From Rebecca billardiae RCC1528 (Eukaryota; Protista; Haptophyta), in contig OZ251234.1 of the NCBI GenBank assembly GCA_965240325.2, forward strand, positions 1,798,001-1,862,000: a stretch of DNA of 64,000 nt, read 5' to 3'. The translations under genes and the position numbers were made by a program. Shown piece by piece: positions 17,461 through 28,385 of this stretch (positions are counted from its first letter, which is position 1; every line of letters begins with the position of its first letter). The notes under the pieces are model-generated. The model was not told where the DNA came from and ran no database searches. It worked only from the letters and a program-made list of their open reading frames with translations.

Positions 17461-18324
17461 TCAGCGATGCAACCACTCTGCCTGCGCCTTCCCCACGAAC
17501 GCCTTCATCCCGGCCTTCTGATCCTCGGTCGCAAACGTCGAGTAGAAGAGGTGGCGCTCGAGCCGCAGGCCCTCGGCGAGCGACGACTCGAACGCGGCGT
17601 GCACGCACGTCTTGGCGAGGGAGACGACCGGCTTGGAGAGCGCGGCGATCTTGGCGGCGGTCGCGAGCGCGTCGTCCAACAGGTCGTCCGCGGGCACCAC
17701 GCGGCTCGCCAGGCCCCGCGCGCACGCCTCCTCCGCGCCGATGTGCTCGCCCGTGAGCACGAGCTCCATGGCGCGCGCCTTGCCGAGCGCGCGCGTGAAG
17801 CGCTGCGTGCCGCCCAGGCCGGGGATGGTGCCGAGCTTGATCTCGGGCTGGCCGAAGGTGGCCGTGTCGCCGGCGATGATGAAGTCGCACGCCATCGCCA
17901 GCTCGCACCCCCCGCCAAGCGCGAAGCCGTTCACGGCTGCGACGATCGGGATGCGCGCGCGGCTGAGCCCGTCGAGGTCCTGGAACATGCGCTGCGTGTA
18001 CATCTCCATGTACGACTTGGAGGACATCTCCTCGATGTCCGCGCCAGCGGCGAAGAACTTCTTGCTCCCCGTCATCACCAGCGCGCCGAGCTCGGCGTGC
18101 GCGTCCGCGGCGGCGACGCACTTTGCAATGTCTGCGACGAGGTGCGACGAGAGTGCGTTCACCTTGGGGCGGTTGAGCGTGATCAGGCCGACGGCGCCGC
18201 GCTTCTCGAAGAGGATCGTCTCGAACGAGGCGGGCATCGTCGGCGCCTCGCAGTGGTGCTGCCGCCGCGGCGCGGCGGCGCGCAGCAGGGCACGCGTCGG
18301 GCGCAGGCGGAGCATCGTCGCCAT
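17461..18324 (-). CDS. ECHS1: Mitochondrial-type enoyl-CoA hydratase (crotonase superfamily), 287 aa
   Basis: ITLNRPKVNALS, FAAGADI, AAVNGFALGGGCELAMACD, FGQPEIKLGTIPGLGGTQR; both catalytic Glu present. Arg/Leu/Ala-rich presequence MATMLRLRPTRALLR gives the start at 18324 rather than the ORF-track start at 18609. Confidence 0.95.
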   Translation of the reverse strand: MATMLRLRPTRALLRAAAPRRQHHCEAPTMPASFETILFEKRGAVGLITLNRPKVNALSSHLVADIAKCVAAADAHAELGALVMTGSKKFFAAGADIEEMSSKSYMEMYTQRMFQDLDGLSRARIPIVAAVNGFALGGGCELAMACDFIIAGDTATFGQPEIKLGTIPGLGGTQRFTRALGKARAMELVLTGEHIGAEEACARGLASRVVPADDLLDDALATAAKIAALSKPVVSLAKTCVHAAFESSLAEGLRLERHLFYSTFATEDQKAGMKAFVGKAQAEWLHR

Positions 18325-18483
18325 CGTCGCGATGGCGGCCGAGGACGGAGGGGCGCTTACCGTACGGCCGTCGGCTGGTCCGGGCGACCCGAAAAACGCG
18401 GGCAAATAACCGAAAACTACCGCCGCGTTATTCCAAACTGCTTGCGACAAAGCAGCCTCACAAAGGTCACGTACGGACGGGAC
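18325..18483. promoter_or_regulatory. Probable compact bidirectional promoter
   Basis: 159-bp relatively AT-rich gap between divergent ATGs at 18324 (-) and 18484 (+). Positional inference only. Confidence 0.45.
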
Positions 18484-19741
18484 ATGGCGGTGGCGGCAGC
18501 CGTCGCTCGCGGCGGGCGATCCTTCCTGCTCGTGCTGGCTGCGGCACAGGCCGCGCATCTTCCGCACGGCACCTGGCGCATGCTGGGCGTCACGCACATG
18601 CACTTTCACAAGGCGGGCGGCACGTCTCTCCAGTTCTACCTCGTCGCCGCGGGCTGGAAGGTCTTACGTCAGACGGCGGAGCAACCTCCCGGTGCGCACG
18701 CTGTTTGGCGTGACATCCAGTATTCCAGTGGCGGGGGGCAGATCACCGACTGCAGTGCAAACTGGACGGCCGCCATCGCGCAGGTCATCGAGGCGCTGCA
18801 GCTTGCTAACAGCTCGGGCCAGCTCATATGAGGAGAGCTTCCCGACGCCACACATCACGGCAGCGCTCACGTGCGTGACCGCAGTCGTCGCCTCGCTCCG
18901 CCGGCCGTTTGAGCGATGGGCGAGCCAGTACGAGCGCGAGCTGGAGATCCGTTGCAAGCGCAGGCACCTCGACGACTTCAAGAGATGCGTGCACAACTAC
19001 AACGTGAGCCGCTACACGACAGCGCCCAATAAGCGGCAGGGCGGGCGGTTCCGAGCGATCGCGTGGCCGAACTATTACGTGCGCTCGATGCTCGGGCGGA
19101 CGCGGGAGGCGGTGGTTGGCGGCGTGACGACGGCGCAGCTTGAGCAGGCGCAGGGCCTGCTCAAGCTCTTCGACGCGATCGTATACGTCGAGCAGCCGGA
19201 TAACGTCAAGCTGGCCATCCTCGCCGCGCGCCTCCCACCCTCGCCCCGCACTGGCGCGGGATTCACCGCTGCTTCTTACCCGCACAGGTCCAACAACTTC
19301 CTGATTCGCGGCCGCGGGCCTCACGTGCCCGCGTATCAGGCGCTCAGGACGAGCTACCCAGACGCGTTTGACCCGCGGACGCCTGCGCACCGGGCACGTT
19401 TCGACGCGGAGAACGGCCCGGACGAAGCCTTCTACGCCTTTGGCAAGGCGCTCTCCGATGCGATGGCGGCCGAGCTGATGATGAGCCCGTCGCGCCGCCG
19501 CCCGGCGCGGCTGCTGGCTGCCGAGGACTCAGAGCTGGAGGATGGGCATCCAAGGACAATGCCATCTACGCACTCGCCCGGCGCGCCTACACCCGATGCT
19601 CGCGCGCGTCCATCAAGTTCCCGCTCACGTCCGGCCGCCATGAGACGACTGCTGTCAAAGGGTGCCACCCCTGGGCCCCTGGCGGCTGCGGCAACCTGGC
19701 GACACCGCCGCAGCGGCAGGGCTCAGCTTATAATAATATGA
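18484..19741 (+). pseudogene. Golgi/secretory-type sulfotransferase-like gene interrupted by a frame change at about 18815-18830 (pseudogene, assembly error or small intron)
   Basis: N-terminal hydrophobic segment and 5'-PSB motif HFHKAGGTS lie in the frame that stops at 18831. The 3'-PB motif LRRPFERWASQY, plus NYYVRSML and N-x-x-D-x-x-FY, lie in the 18692-19741 frame. The final TGA is supplied by the first bases of repeat copy 2. Confidence 0.65.
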
Positions 19742-21407
19742 CCGCGTTCCGCGGTCCTTTTTCCGTAGAACGAACGTAGTTCAGGGCCCGCGGTGGCGGT
19801 GCACCCTCCGTCGCAGTCGTCTATTGACAGACCAGTTGCATATGCCCGTACAACTAGACTCCATCATCAGCGGCGCGCCGCCGCCCGCCGCGCCGGGCGG
19901 GCCCATTGCAGCCGCCGGCGCGGCGCCGATTGTGTACAGGCGGATGCGACGAGGCGTGATCGACGCATGAGCGCGACTCCACGTGCACACCAGGCCACGC
20001 GGAGCTGACAGCCAGGGAGCACGGTGCGGGGCCGCGGATTCGTTCGGGCCGCTGCTGCTGACCGCTGTCCCCGGGGTCACCCCCCGCGCCGGCAGCGCCC
20101 GGGAGTAGGGCTGGAGGAGTAGGGTCCGAGTAGGGTTCGACCAGCGCCTGCGCGACGGCCGACAGGCGGGCGCGAGGCGTGATCGACGCATGAGCACAAC
20201 TCTACGTGCACGCCAGGCCACGCGGAGCTGACAGCCCGAGGGAGCACGGTGCCGAGGTGCGAGGGCACCGGTGATCCGGTTCGCGCACTCGCCGCGCGTG
20301 CACGGGCAGCTGACACACCTCGATCAGGCTCGGCACGCGTTGCAGAGGCACGGCCAGCTCTGGGGACGTCACGCACCACCGTCGCCCGCGCAGCTCGTCC
20401 TCCTCGTAGAGTACCGTTCAGTTCCGAGGCGTAGCCCTCGCTCAGAGTCGACCGACGATGGACTCGGATCGTCGGCGCGCCTGCTCTCTCTCAATCAAGA
20501 AGAGTTCTGGGAGACCCCGGAAAGGCATGGCAAGGGCGGCGCGTGGTGAAGTCGAAGGCTCAGAGATCGATCAGTCCGGCATCAGGCGCCGCTGCCCCCG
20601 AGCTTGCGAGAGCCCGAACACAGGGCGGCGGCTGCGGCGCCGGCTCGCGGACACGCCGGGGCCGCGCAAGGCCGCGCCGAGGCATCGACAGGGCGGCAGG
20701 GGCGGCGGGGGCGCGCGGAGTGAGCGGGGGCACGACGAACGCGATGTCGACGGCAGTCGGGACCCGCCGCAGCCGCGCGCTCCAGGCGCCATTCGCCGCG
20801 CGCACCTGCCCATCGCCGTCCTCACCCGTCGGTCCTCGAGCCTCGTGCCCGTGGCTCGCCTCCAAACGCGGGCCGCCTCTGGTGGGCCGCCGGGGCCACG
20901 CGCGCGCCCAACCAAGTCCGTTCGCGTCAGATAGTATTGAGATTCGCCGAGGTTGGCCCATCGGCTACTGACCCTTGCCTCGTCGGCTCCTGATACAGAC
21001 ACGGCGCGATTGAATAGCGTTGATTCAACTGATTCAAGGGACGTACATGGTGACATCGGTTCGCGGCAATCTGTATCTAGATACGTCATCGCTCCTTGGA
21101 CCTTGCTGCAATCTCATTGGCCGAAAAAATCGCTTGTAACGGTTCGTTACGTTAGGGATCCTAAAGGGCGTGAAGTTTTTTGGACGGGCGTCACTCCACG
21201 CTTTACTATGAACTTGCCGTGATGGGCGCGACCTTTTTCGGCCGTGATGCATCGGTAGAGAGGGTCTCAAAATTCGAAACTCGGTCTCCTCCAGCCATGA
21301 AAATCGTCCCCCGTCCCTTTTTTCTTGATCAAAGATCTTTTTGAAACGTTGTTCGGGCCCGCTGGTGCGGGCTCCACGCTGCGCGCTCCGCCCTGCACCG
21401 CGGGCCA
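19739..21407 (-). mobile_element. 1669-bp interspersed repeat, copy 2 (same orientation as copy 1)
   Basis: Differs from 13132-14800 only by a few substitutions and small indels. Same A|TG...CA|T boundaries, hairpin and asymmetric inverted repeats. Confidence 0.6.
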
Positions 21408-21798
21408 TGATCTAGCTGACCATGAATCGTGTCGAGTGACTTGAGTGAGCACAGGAGTCTCAGAGCCTGTGCGGGCGCCGCAGATCGAGCAGTAGTAGGC
21501 GTCACACCCGTTCGCCCGTTCGGAGAGTGACCGCGACCGGATATCCGGACGTGCAGCGCAGGCACGCTCGGGCTTCTGATCACTGACAGTAGTACTGCGG
21601 CAGTCCGCGAATCACTGCCGCCTTGGCGCAGACAGATTGCGGCAGCACGGCCCACCGCGAGTCGCTACCTCGGGCCCGCTCTCCCGGTAGGCGACAGGCC
21701 GCGTTATTCTCACGCGGCTGATGCGGTAATGCCGGCTGCTCTCCGCACTGCTGTTCGGGCGGCGCACACACTCCTGCAAATGTTGGACTCGCCCCGCT

Positions 21799-24700
21799 TC
21801 ACCGCTCGGGCTTCTCGGGCCGCGGCGCTTGCGGCGTGGGCACGACCCGGTCTCCGCCAGCCCCGCCGCGGCTGCTCCGGCTGCCGCTGCGCCGGCTCGG
21901 CGCCGGCTGCGGGCGCGCGGCGGCGGCGGCGGTGCGCACGGGCGCGGCCAGGAGCGCCGCGGTCAGCGACCCGGGCGCATCGTGCTGAGACTCGGCATGC
22001 CCGTGGCTGCTGCGCGCGCCCGCCGCGCCCGCTCCGGGGCCGACGGCGCCGAGCTGCGCGGAGAGGTGGCTCACCTCGCGCGAGATGCGCGCGACGAGCA
22101 CCGCCACCTGCTGCTCCGCGCTCACCGCCGACGAGCGCGAGTGCGCCGCCGCCGCCGCCGCGCCGGCACGGCCCGGGCTGTGGCGCGCGCCGCCGGGCGG
22201 CGCCGGGCTGCTGCCGCCTCCGGGGCCGGCAGGCCCGGCGGCTGCGGCGGCGACGGCGGCGGCGGCGGCGGAGCGCCAGTGCGCGCCGACCCCGCCCGCG
22301 CCCGCGGCCCCGGCGCACCTCGGCGAGAGCACGGGCCAGCGCATCGCGCCCGCGCCCGCGCGCCGCGCCGGGCTCAGCGCGCGCCGCACGGGACTAGCGC
22401 CGCCCCCGCCAGGGGCCACCGGCTCAGAGCCGCCGCCACCGCCGCCGCCGCCAGCGCCGGCGGCGGCGCCGGGCAGGAGCGCGGCCGAGCCGGCCGTGGA
22501 GCGGCGCGCGCCGAGCGCGGGCGAGCTCTGCTGCCGCTCGATCCGGCGCGTGCGCACGCGGAACTCGCGGTCCGTCTGTAGCAGTGAGCGGCGCGCGCCG
22601 TCCAGGCCAGCGACGAGACTTGCTTCGACGGCGCCGTCCGTGGCGTCCGAGCGCGCGGTCAAGGGCGGCGTGGCGCGCGCGGCGGCGGCGGCTCGCGTGA
22701 GGGTCGGGGAGAGCGCGGGCGGCGAGGAGCCGGAGGACGCCGGCGAGTCGAGCGCGCGCGGCTCGAGGCTGTCGAAGGCGGAGCGCGCGGCCGGCCGCAG
22801 CTTGGACGGCGACAGTGACTCTGCCGCGCGCGCCGCGAGCGCACCAGGCAGCGCTAGCGGCCACTGCACGCCGCGCCCGCCGCCGCGCCTGCCGTGGCCG
22901 GCGGCGGCAGCGCCGACGGCGGTGTTGGCGCCCGCCGCGCCGCTCGGCGGCGAAGCGTCCTCCGCGGCGGGCGCGGCGGCGTCGGGCGCGCGCGAGGGCG
23001 CGCTGCCCTCGACGCGGCGCGCGGGCGAGCGCGCGCGCCAGCCGCTGCGCGCGGCCGCGTCACTCCGCCACCGCCCGGCCGGCGACGCAGACGACAGCGG
23101 CGGCGTGACCACCACCGGCGGCGGCGGCTCAGGCGGCGGCGTGTCGCGCGCGCGCGCGCTGGCCTCGGCCGCGGCCGGGGCGGCGGCGCAGGTGGCGGCA
23201 CCGCGCGGCGGCGAGCGCCCCGGCTGCGCGGCGCCAGGCTGCGGCCGGCGCGGCGCGGCGGCCGTGCCGGCGGCAGGGGGCGACGCGGCGCGCGGCCTCG
23301 AGCTGAGCGCGCGGCGCGCGCCGCCGCGCGCGGACGGCGAGGAGACCGCGGTGCGCGGCGTGCTGTCCACGCTCGACTCCTCCGTCGCGGCGTGTGGCGC
23401 GCGCCGCTGCCACTTGCGCCTGCCGCGCAGCCGCGCCTGCGTGAGCGCGATCAGCGCCTCAAGTGCCGCGGGTGCCTCCTCCATCACGTCCAGGAACGAA
23501 GCCTTGCCGATGCCGAGGAGCAGACAGCGCGTGAGCGCCTGCACCGTCGCGGAGCGCGGCACGTCGTCCAGCAGCACCTCGAGCTCGCCGAAGAGCTCGC
23601 CCTCGCCCAGCACAGCCAGTAGCAGCTGCGTGTACTTACTCGCGTTACTCACATGAGTACTCGCAGGGCTGCCGCCGCCACAACTGGCGCCGGCGCCGGC
23701 GCCGCCCGCGCGGCCGTCAACTCGCGCCGCGGTGTCGGCGGTGCCGCCGGCGGCGCCGACGACGGCCGGGGCGCCGCGCGCGCGCACGCCACTGCACGCG
23801 CCCGGCGGCGGCGGCGCCACCCGGCTCGGCAGCGGCAGCGCCGGCTCCACGGCCGCGAGCGGCGGCGGCGGCTGCGGCGGCGGCTGCGGCGGCGGCTGCG
23901 GCGGCGCGGTGTCCGCGTCAGTGTCCCCGGTGGAGCAGCGCGGGCCGAGGGCGATGGTGGGCCTCCGCGGCTGCGGCACGCTGGCGCCCACGCTCGCCGG
24001 CATCGCGGCGACGCTCACGCCGCGCGTCTCGGCGCGCAGTCGCGCCTCGGCGGCAGTACGCCCGGCGGCGGCGGCGGCGGCGGCGCGCCCGTCAGCGTCG
24101 GCAGAGCGCCCGGCCACGGCGGCGGCGGCGGCGGGGCGCCGGTCGCCAGCTCGGTCCGGCTGGGGCTCGCGCAGGCCGGGGATGCGAGTGCGCGCGGCTC
24201 GGGTGGAGAAGGCCGCGACGCCCGACGCGACGGTCGCGCCGCCGGCGTGGCTCGCGCGCCCGCCCTCGCCCCTGCGCGCCCAGCTCCCACCGGCACACTC
24301 GGCACTCTCGCCCTCCTCCTCCGCGGCGGCAAGCTCAAATCGTGCCGCGCGGTCCGCGCGCAGCTCTCGGCTCAGCACGAGCTTGATCGCCGCGCACTGG
24401 CCCTCGCGTATGAAGAACATGCGCGGGTCGGCGGAGACCTCGCCCTGCGAGATGATCGCGTCGCCGGGCATGTACGTCGCAGGCTCGATCTCGAGCGCGA
24501 GCTGCGCGATCAGCACCGGAGGCAGCGACGCCAGCTGCGGCACGTCACCCAGCATCGAGCAGTGGAGCGCGTAGGACGCGTCGCGGCGCACCGCGTGCGG
24601 CATCTGGCGCAGCAGCGCGATCGAGCCGCGGTGGCGGTGCGCGTGCGTGTAGTACGCGTGGAGCCGCAGCGTGCGCACCAGCTCGGGGTGCAGCGCGCCG

Positions 24701-25890
24701 CGGTGCACGCCGACGAAGTCGTTGAGCTCGTCGAGCACCGCGCGGCGGCGCGTGGCCGCGCGGCCGGCCTGGTCGGCGAGTAACGCGACCGCTCCGAAGA
24801 TGGTCGCGTTCAGCGCGCAGCCGACGGTGACGACGGCCATCGAGACGAGCTTCTCCGGGGTGGACTCGGGCTCGTACGCGTCCGGGAAGCCGAACGTCGT
24901 GAACACGCCCACCGCCCAGTGCAGCGCGTCCGTGTAGCAATCACGCGCGTCGCCGAGCGCGAGCCCGCCGCGCGCGCACGCGGCGCGGGAGTAGGGGCTC
25001 GCCATTGCGCGCGTCTGCAGCGCGGCGAAGGCGCACGCGGCGACGTGCGAGGCGTACGCGTAGAGCCAGAGCACGCCGAGCGCGCGCACGCCCACCACGA
25101 GCAGCGCGTAGAACTCGCAGTACCGCGCGACGAAGCTGTACGCGCGCAGCAGCCGCGCAACACGCGCGAGCGCGCACACGCGCAGAGCCGAGATGGGCGC
25201 ACCGCCGCGCGCGCCGGCGGTGAGCGCGGCGACGAACTCGGCGGCGAGCGGCGCGAGCGCGCCGAGCGCGTCGAGGCACAGCGTCGGCGCGCCCACGCGC
25301 CGCGCCGTCTGCCCCGACGCGGCGAGCGTCTCGAGCCAGCCGTGCGGCGCGGCGGCGGCGGCGGCCGCGGCCGACGGCGGCGCGGCCGACGCACGCGCGC
25401 GCGCGGTCGTCGTCATGGCGTGCACGCGCAGCGGGCGCGCGTCGAGGTCGGCGCCGGGCGCGAGCAGCACCACGAGCACGACGTCGAGCGCCTGCGCCGC
25501 GAACACGAGCACGAGTGCCGCGCCGCTCGGCGCGGCGCGCTCGGCGACGCCCTCGACGGCCTCGCGCAGTGGCACGTACACGAGAAGCGCGGCGGCGGAG
25601 AGGCCGACGGCGAGCTCCCACGCGAGGCGGAGCTCGTCGCCCACCAGGTCGAGCAGCAGCCGCCCGCGCGTGCGCCACGACGCGGCCGCGAGCGCCGCGC
25701 GCCGGCGCGCCGCGCGCCGCTCGGACCGCTCGGCTGAGCGGAAGGAGCTGCTGCCGCCCGCCGCGGACATGCGCGTGCTGCGCCGCGAGAGCTGGCGCGA
25801 GAGCTGGCGCGCGGGCGGCGGGGGCGGCCGCGACGCACGCGCCGTGCCGCCCTCCCGCGGCGCGTACTGCGGGCCGCCCGCCCCCGCCAT
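21799..25890 (-). CDS. Cyclic-nucleotide-binding-domain ion channel (CNG/EAG/HCN-like), 1363 aa
   Basis: S4-like LRVCALARVARLLRAY; HVAAC; pore YTDALHWAVGVFTTFGFPD; S6 NATIFGAVA; C-linker; CNBD PGDAIISQGE..MFFIREG ... GELFGELEVL..PRSATVQA. Long low-complexity C-terminal tail. Unrecognised introns are possible. Confidence 0.85.
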   Translation of the reverse strand: MAGAGGPQYAPREGGTARASRPPPPPARQLSRQLSRRSTRMSAAGGSSSFRSAERSERRAARRRAALAAASWRTRGRLLLDLVGDELRLAWELAVGLSAAALLVYVPLREAVEGVAERAAPSGAALVLVFAAQALDVVLVVLLAPGADLDARPLRVHAMTTTARARASAAPPSAAAAAAAAPHGWLETLAASGQTARRVGAPTLCLDALGALAPLAAEFVAALTAGARGGAPISALRVCALARVARLLRAYSFVARYCEFYALLVVGVRALGVLWLYAYASHVAACAFAALQTRAMASPYSRAACARGGLALGDARDCYTDALHWAVGVFTTFGFPDAYEPESTPEKLVSMAVVTVGCALNATIFGAVALLADQAGRAATRRRAVLDELNDFVGVHRGALHPELVRTLRLHAYYTHAHRHRGSIALLRQMPHAVRRDASYALHCSMLGDVPQLASLPPVLIAQLALEIEPATYMPGDAIISQGEVSADPRMFFIREGQCAAIKLVLSRELRADRAARFELAAAEEEGESAECAGGSWARRGEGGRASHAGGATVASGVAAFSTRAARTRIPGLREPQPDRAGDRRPAAAAAVAGRSADADGRAAAAAAAGRTAAEARLRAETRGVSVAAMPASVGASVPQPRRPTIALGPRCSTGDTDADTAPPQPPPQPPPQPPPPLAAVEPALPLPSRVAPPPPGACSGVRARGAPAVVGAAGGTADTAARVDGRAGGAGAGASCGGGSPASTHVSNASKYTQLLLAVLGEGELFGELEVLLDDVPRSATVQALTRCLLLGIGKASFLDVMEEAPAALEALIALTQARLRGRRKWQRRAPHAATEESSVDSTPRTAVSSPSARGGARRALSSRPRAASPPAAGTAAAPRRPQPGAAQPGRSPPRGAATCAAAPAAAEASARARDTPPPEPPPPVVVTPPLSSASPAGRWRSDAAARSGWRARSPARRVEGSAPSRAPDAAAPAAEDASPPSGAAGANTAVGAAAAGHGRRGGGRGVQWPLALPGALAARAAESLSPSKLRPAARSAFDSLEPRALDSPASSGSSPPALSPTLTRAAAAARATPPLTARSDATDGAVEASLVAGLDGARRSLLQTDREFRVRTRRIERQQSSPALGARRSTAGSAALLPGAAAGAGGGGGGGGSEPVAPGGGGASPVRRALSPARRAGAGAMRWPVLSPRCAGAAGAGGVGAHWRSAAAAAVAAAAAGPAGPGGGSSPAPPGGARHSPGRAGAAAAAAHSRSSAVSAEQQVAVLVARISREVSHLSAQLGAVGPGAGAAGARSSHGHAESQHDAPGSLTAALLAAPVRTAAAAARPQPAPSRRSGSRSSRGGAGGDRVVPTPQAPRPEKPER

Positions 25891-27289
25891 GCCCCTCCCT
25901 CAGAGCGCCCGGCGGCCGGCGGCAGGTGGGGCCGCCATCGCTCTAAAGCTGCCTGTTGTTGTGACGCGCTGCTGGTCTTTCGGGGCGATGGCCGACGGGT
26001 ACCCCGTACCGGGGACAAGAAGGGGTTCGGCGGAGGGGGCAGCGTTCCTATTGTCGGGGACAATCTCAGACTGGGGGTTCGATCTCGACGAGGGGGTTCA
26101 ACCCGGTCGGGGTTCGAGGGGTTCAAAGTCCGGAAGAGTCCGAATAACCAGGTGGCGTAGTGATTTTGAATCGACGACTGCGGTTTGGAGTTTGAATTCA
26201 GCCGAGAACAGAGCGCCCGCGACGGCCCCACCCCTCGGTCGGCGACCTCCGCACGCGCGCGCGGCGCCCCCAACCGCCGCCGGCGCTCGCCCTCGCCTGC
26301 CTCCGCCCGTCGGTGCGGCACGCCGCCAAGCTGAGCACGCCGCGCCCTCCGATACACGTCATGCGGGCCTGCCCTTCTTCCTGCCCTTCTCCTGCTCTTC
26401 CTGCTGGCACGCCGACGGTTCCGACGGCGACGCGTGTCCAGCACAACCGCACGCGGCAGTGCTCGGCGCGCACATCCCAAGGCGCGTCGACCGCTTCTTT
26501 CTGCATGGCAGTCTACTTGCCATCTGCATCATCCTCGCCTCGGCTGAGCGCGCCCCGCCGACGGGCGGCGCCGTGGCTCGGCGCGCCGCGCCGCGCCGCG
26601 CCGCGCCGCGCCGCGCCGCGCCGAGCAGCTCGGCTTGCCGCCGGGCGGCGGTGCCGGGCTCGGCGGAGAGCGGGCGTCGGCGGAGATCGGTGTGCACGAC
26701 CTGAAGTGCATCGGCTCGTTCTTTCTGCGCGGCCGCGCAGCCACTACCGTCATCGGACTCGACTTGGTCAAGCGCGCCGCGCGCGCGCAAGCGGCTTTGC
26801 GTCTGTGATCGCACGCGCAGCACTACCGCTGTGGCAGACTCGGCGGCGTCGGAGGCGATCGATCGGCGTGCTCCGCCGGCGGTGCATCGCCCGCATCTTT
26901 CGGCGCCCCGCTCCTCTCGGCGCGGCGCAGTACTCGCCCCCGGCTGCCGACTCGGCCCAGCACGCCGCGCGCACGGCCGGCGCCGCACCGCGGCGCGCCG
27001 TGCCGCGCGGCCAAGCTTGCGCGCCGCATGGCTACGGTGACGGACTCAGCGGCGAGCGGGCTTCTACGGCGGTGGCGACGATCGGCGTGCCTGGCTAGCC
27101 GGATGTCGTCCGCCTCTCTCGGCGCGGCCGGCGCGGCGCAGTGCTCGGCGCCGACCTCCGACTCGGCGCGGCGCGCGGCCGCGGCCGTGCAGCGCGCCTC
27201 GACGTGCGCGGCCGCGCGGCCGAGGTCGCACGCCGCACGGCGGCCGTGACGGCCTCGTTCGAGAGCGGGCGTCGACCGCGTGGGCGGAG

Positions 27290-28385
27290 CTCGGTGCGCA
27301 CGAGCTGAGCCTCCCGACCACGTCGCGCTGCGTGGCGCCGTGCTCGGCACCGGCACCGGACTCGGCGCGGCGCGCGCGGCCGGCGGCGCGCTGCCGGCCA
27401 CGCGCTGCGCGCCTCAGCGGCGCGCCGTGCTGTGCGGCCGAGCGCGCGCGCCGCACGGCTACGGTGACGACGGGCTCGGCGGTGGGCGGGCATCGGCGGC
27501 GTTGGCGGAGCTCGGCGCGCACGAACGGAGGCGCATCGACCACGTCGCGCTGCGTGGCGCCTTGCTCGACACCGGCCTCGGACTCGGCGCGGCGCGCGCG
27601 GCCGGCGGCGCGCCGCGCGCCTCAGCGCCGCGCGCCGCGCCGTGCTGTGCGGCCGAGCGCGCGCGCCGCACGGCTACGGTGACGACGGGCTCGGCGGAGA
27701 GCGGGCGGCGGCGGCGTTGGCGGAGCTCGGTGCGCACGAACGGAGGCACATCGACCACGTCGCGCTGCGTGACGCCGCGCTCGGCACCGTCCTCGGACTC
27801 GGCGCGGCGCGCGCGGCCGGCGGCGCGCCGCGCGCCTCAGCGCCGCGCGGCGCGCCGTGCTGTGCAGCCGAGCGCGCGCGCCGCACGGCTACGGTGACGC
27901 GCTCGGCGGCGGGCGGGCATCGGCGGCGGTGGTGGAGCTCGGCGCGCACGAGTGGAGGCGCATCGACCACGTCGCGCTGCGTGGCGCCGCGCTCGGCACC
28001 GGCCTCGGACTCGGCGCGGCGCGCGCGGCCGGCGGCGCGCCGCGCGCCTCAGGGCCGCGCGCCGCGCCGTGCTGTGCAGCCGAGCGCGCGCGCCGCACGG
28101 CTACGGTGACGACGGGCTCGGCGGAGAGCGCGTGTCGGCGGCGTTGGCGGAGCTCGGCGCGCACGAACGGAGGCGCATCGACCACGTCGCGCTGCGTGAC
28201 GCCGCGCTCGGCACCGGCCTCGGACTCGGCGCGGCGCGCGCGGCCGGCGGTGCGCCGCGCGCCTCAGCGCCGCGCGGCGCGCCGTGCTGTGCAGCCGAGC
28301 GCGCGCGCCGCACGGCTACGGTGACGACGGGCTCGGCGGAGAGCGGGCTGCGGCGGCGTGGGCAGAGCTCGGCGCGCGTGAACTG
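27290..28385. repeat. GC-rich tandem repeat, ~215-bp unit x ~5, with decayed copies back to about 26550
   Basis: Anchor GACCACGTCGCGCTGCGTG at 27316, 27538, 27753, 27965 and 28180 (spacings 222, 215, 212, 215). Confidence 0.92.

Noticed and set aside
13132-21407. LTR retrotransposon (TG...CA direct repeats)
   Set aside because: No PBS or PPT next to either copy, no gag/pol, no matching 4-6 bp TSD, and the interior holds ordinary host genes.
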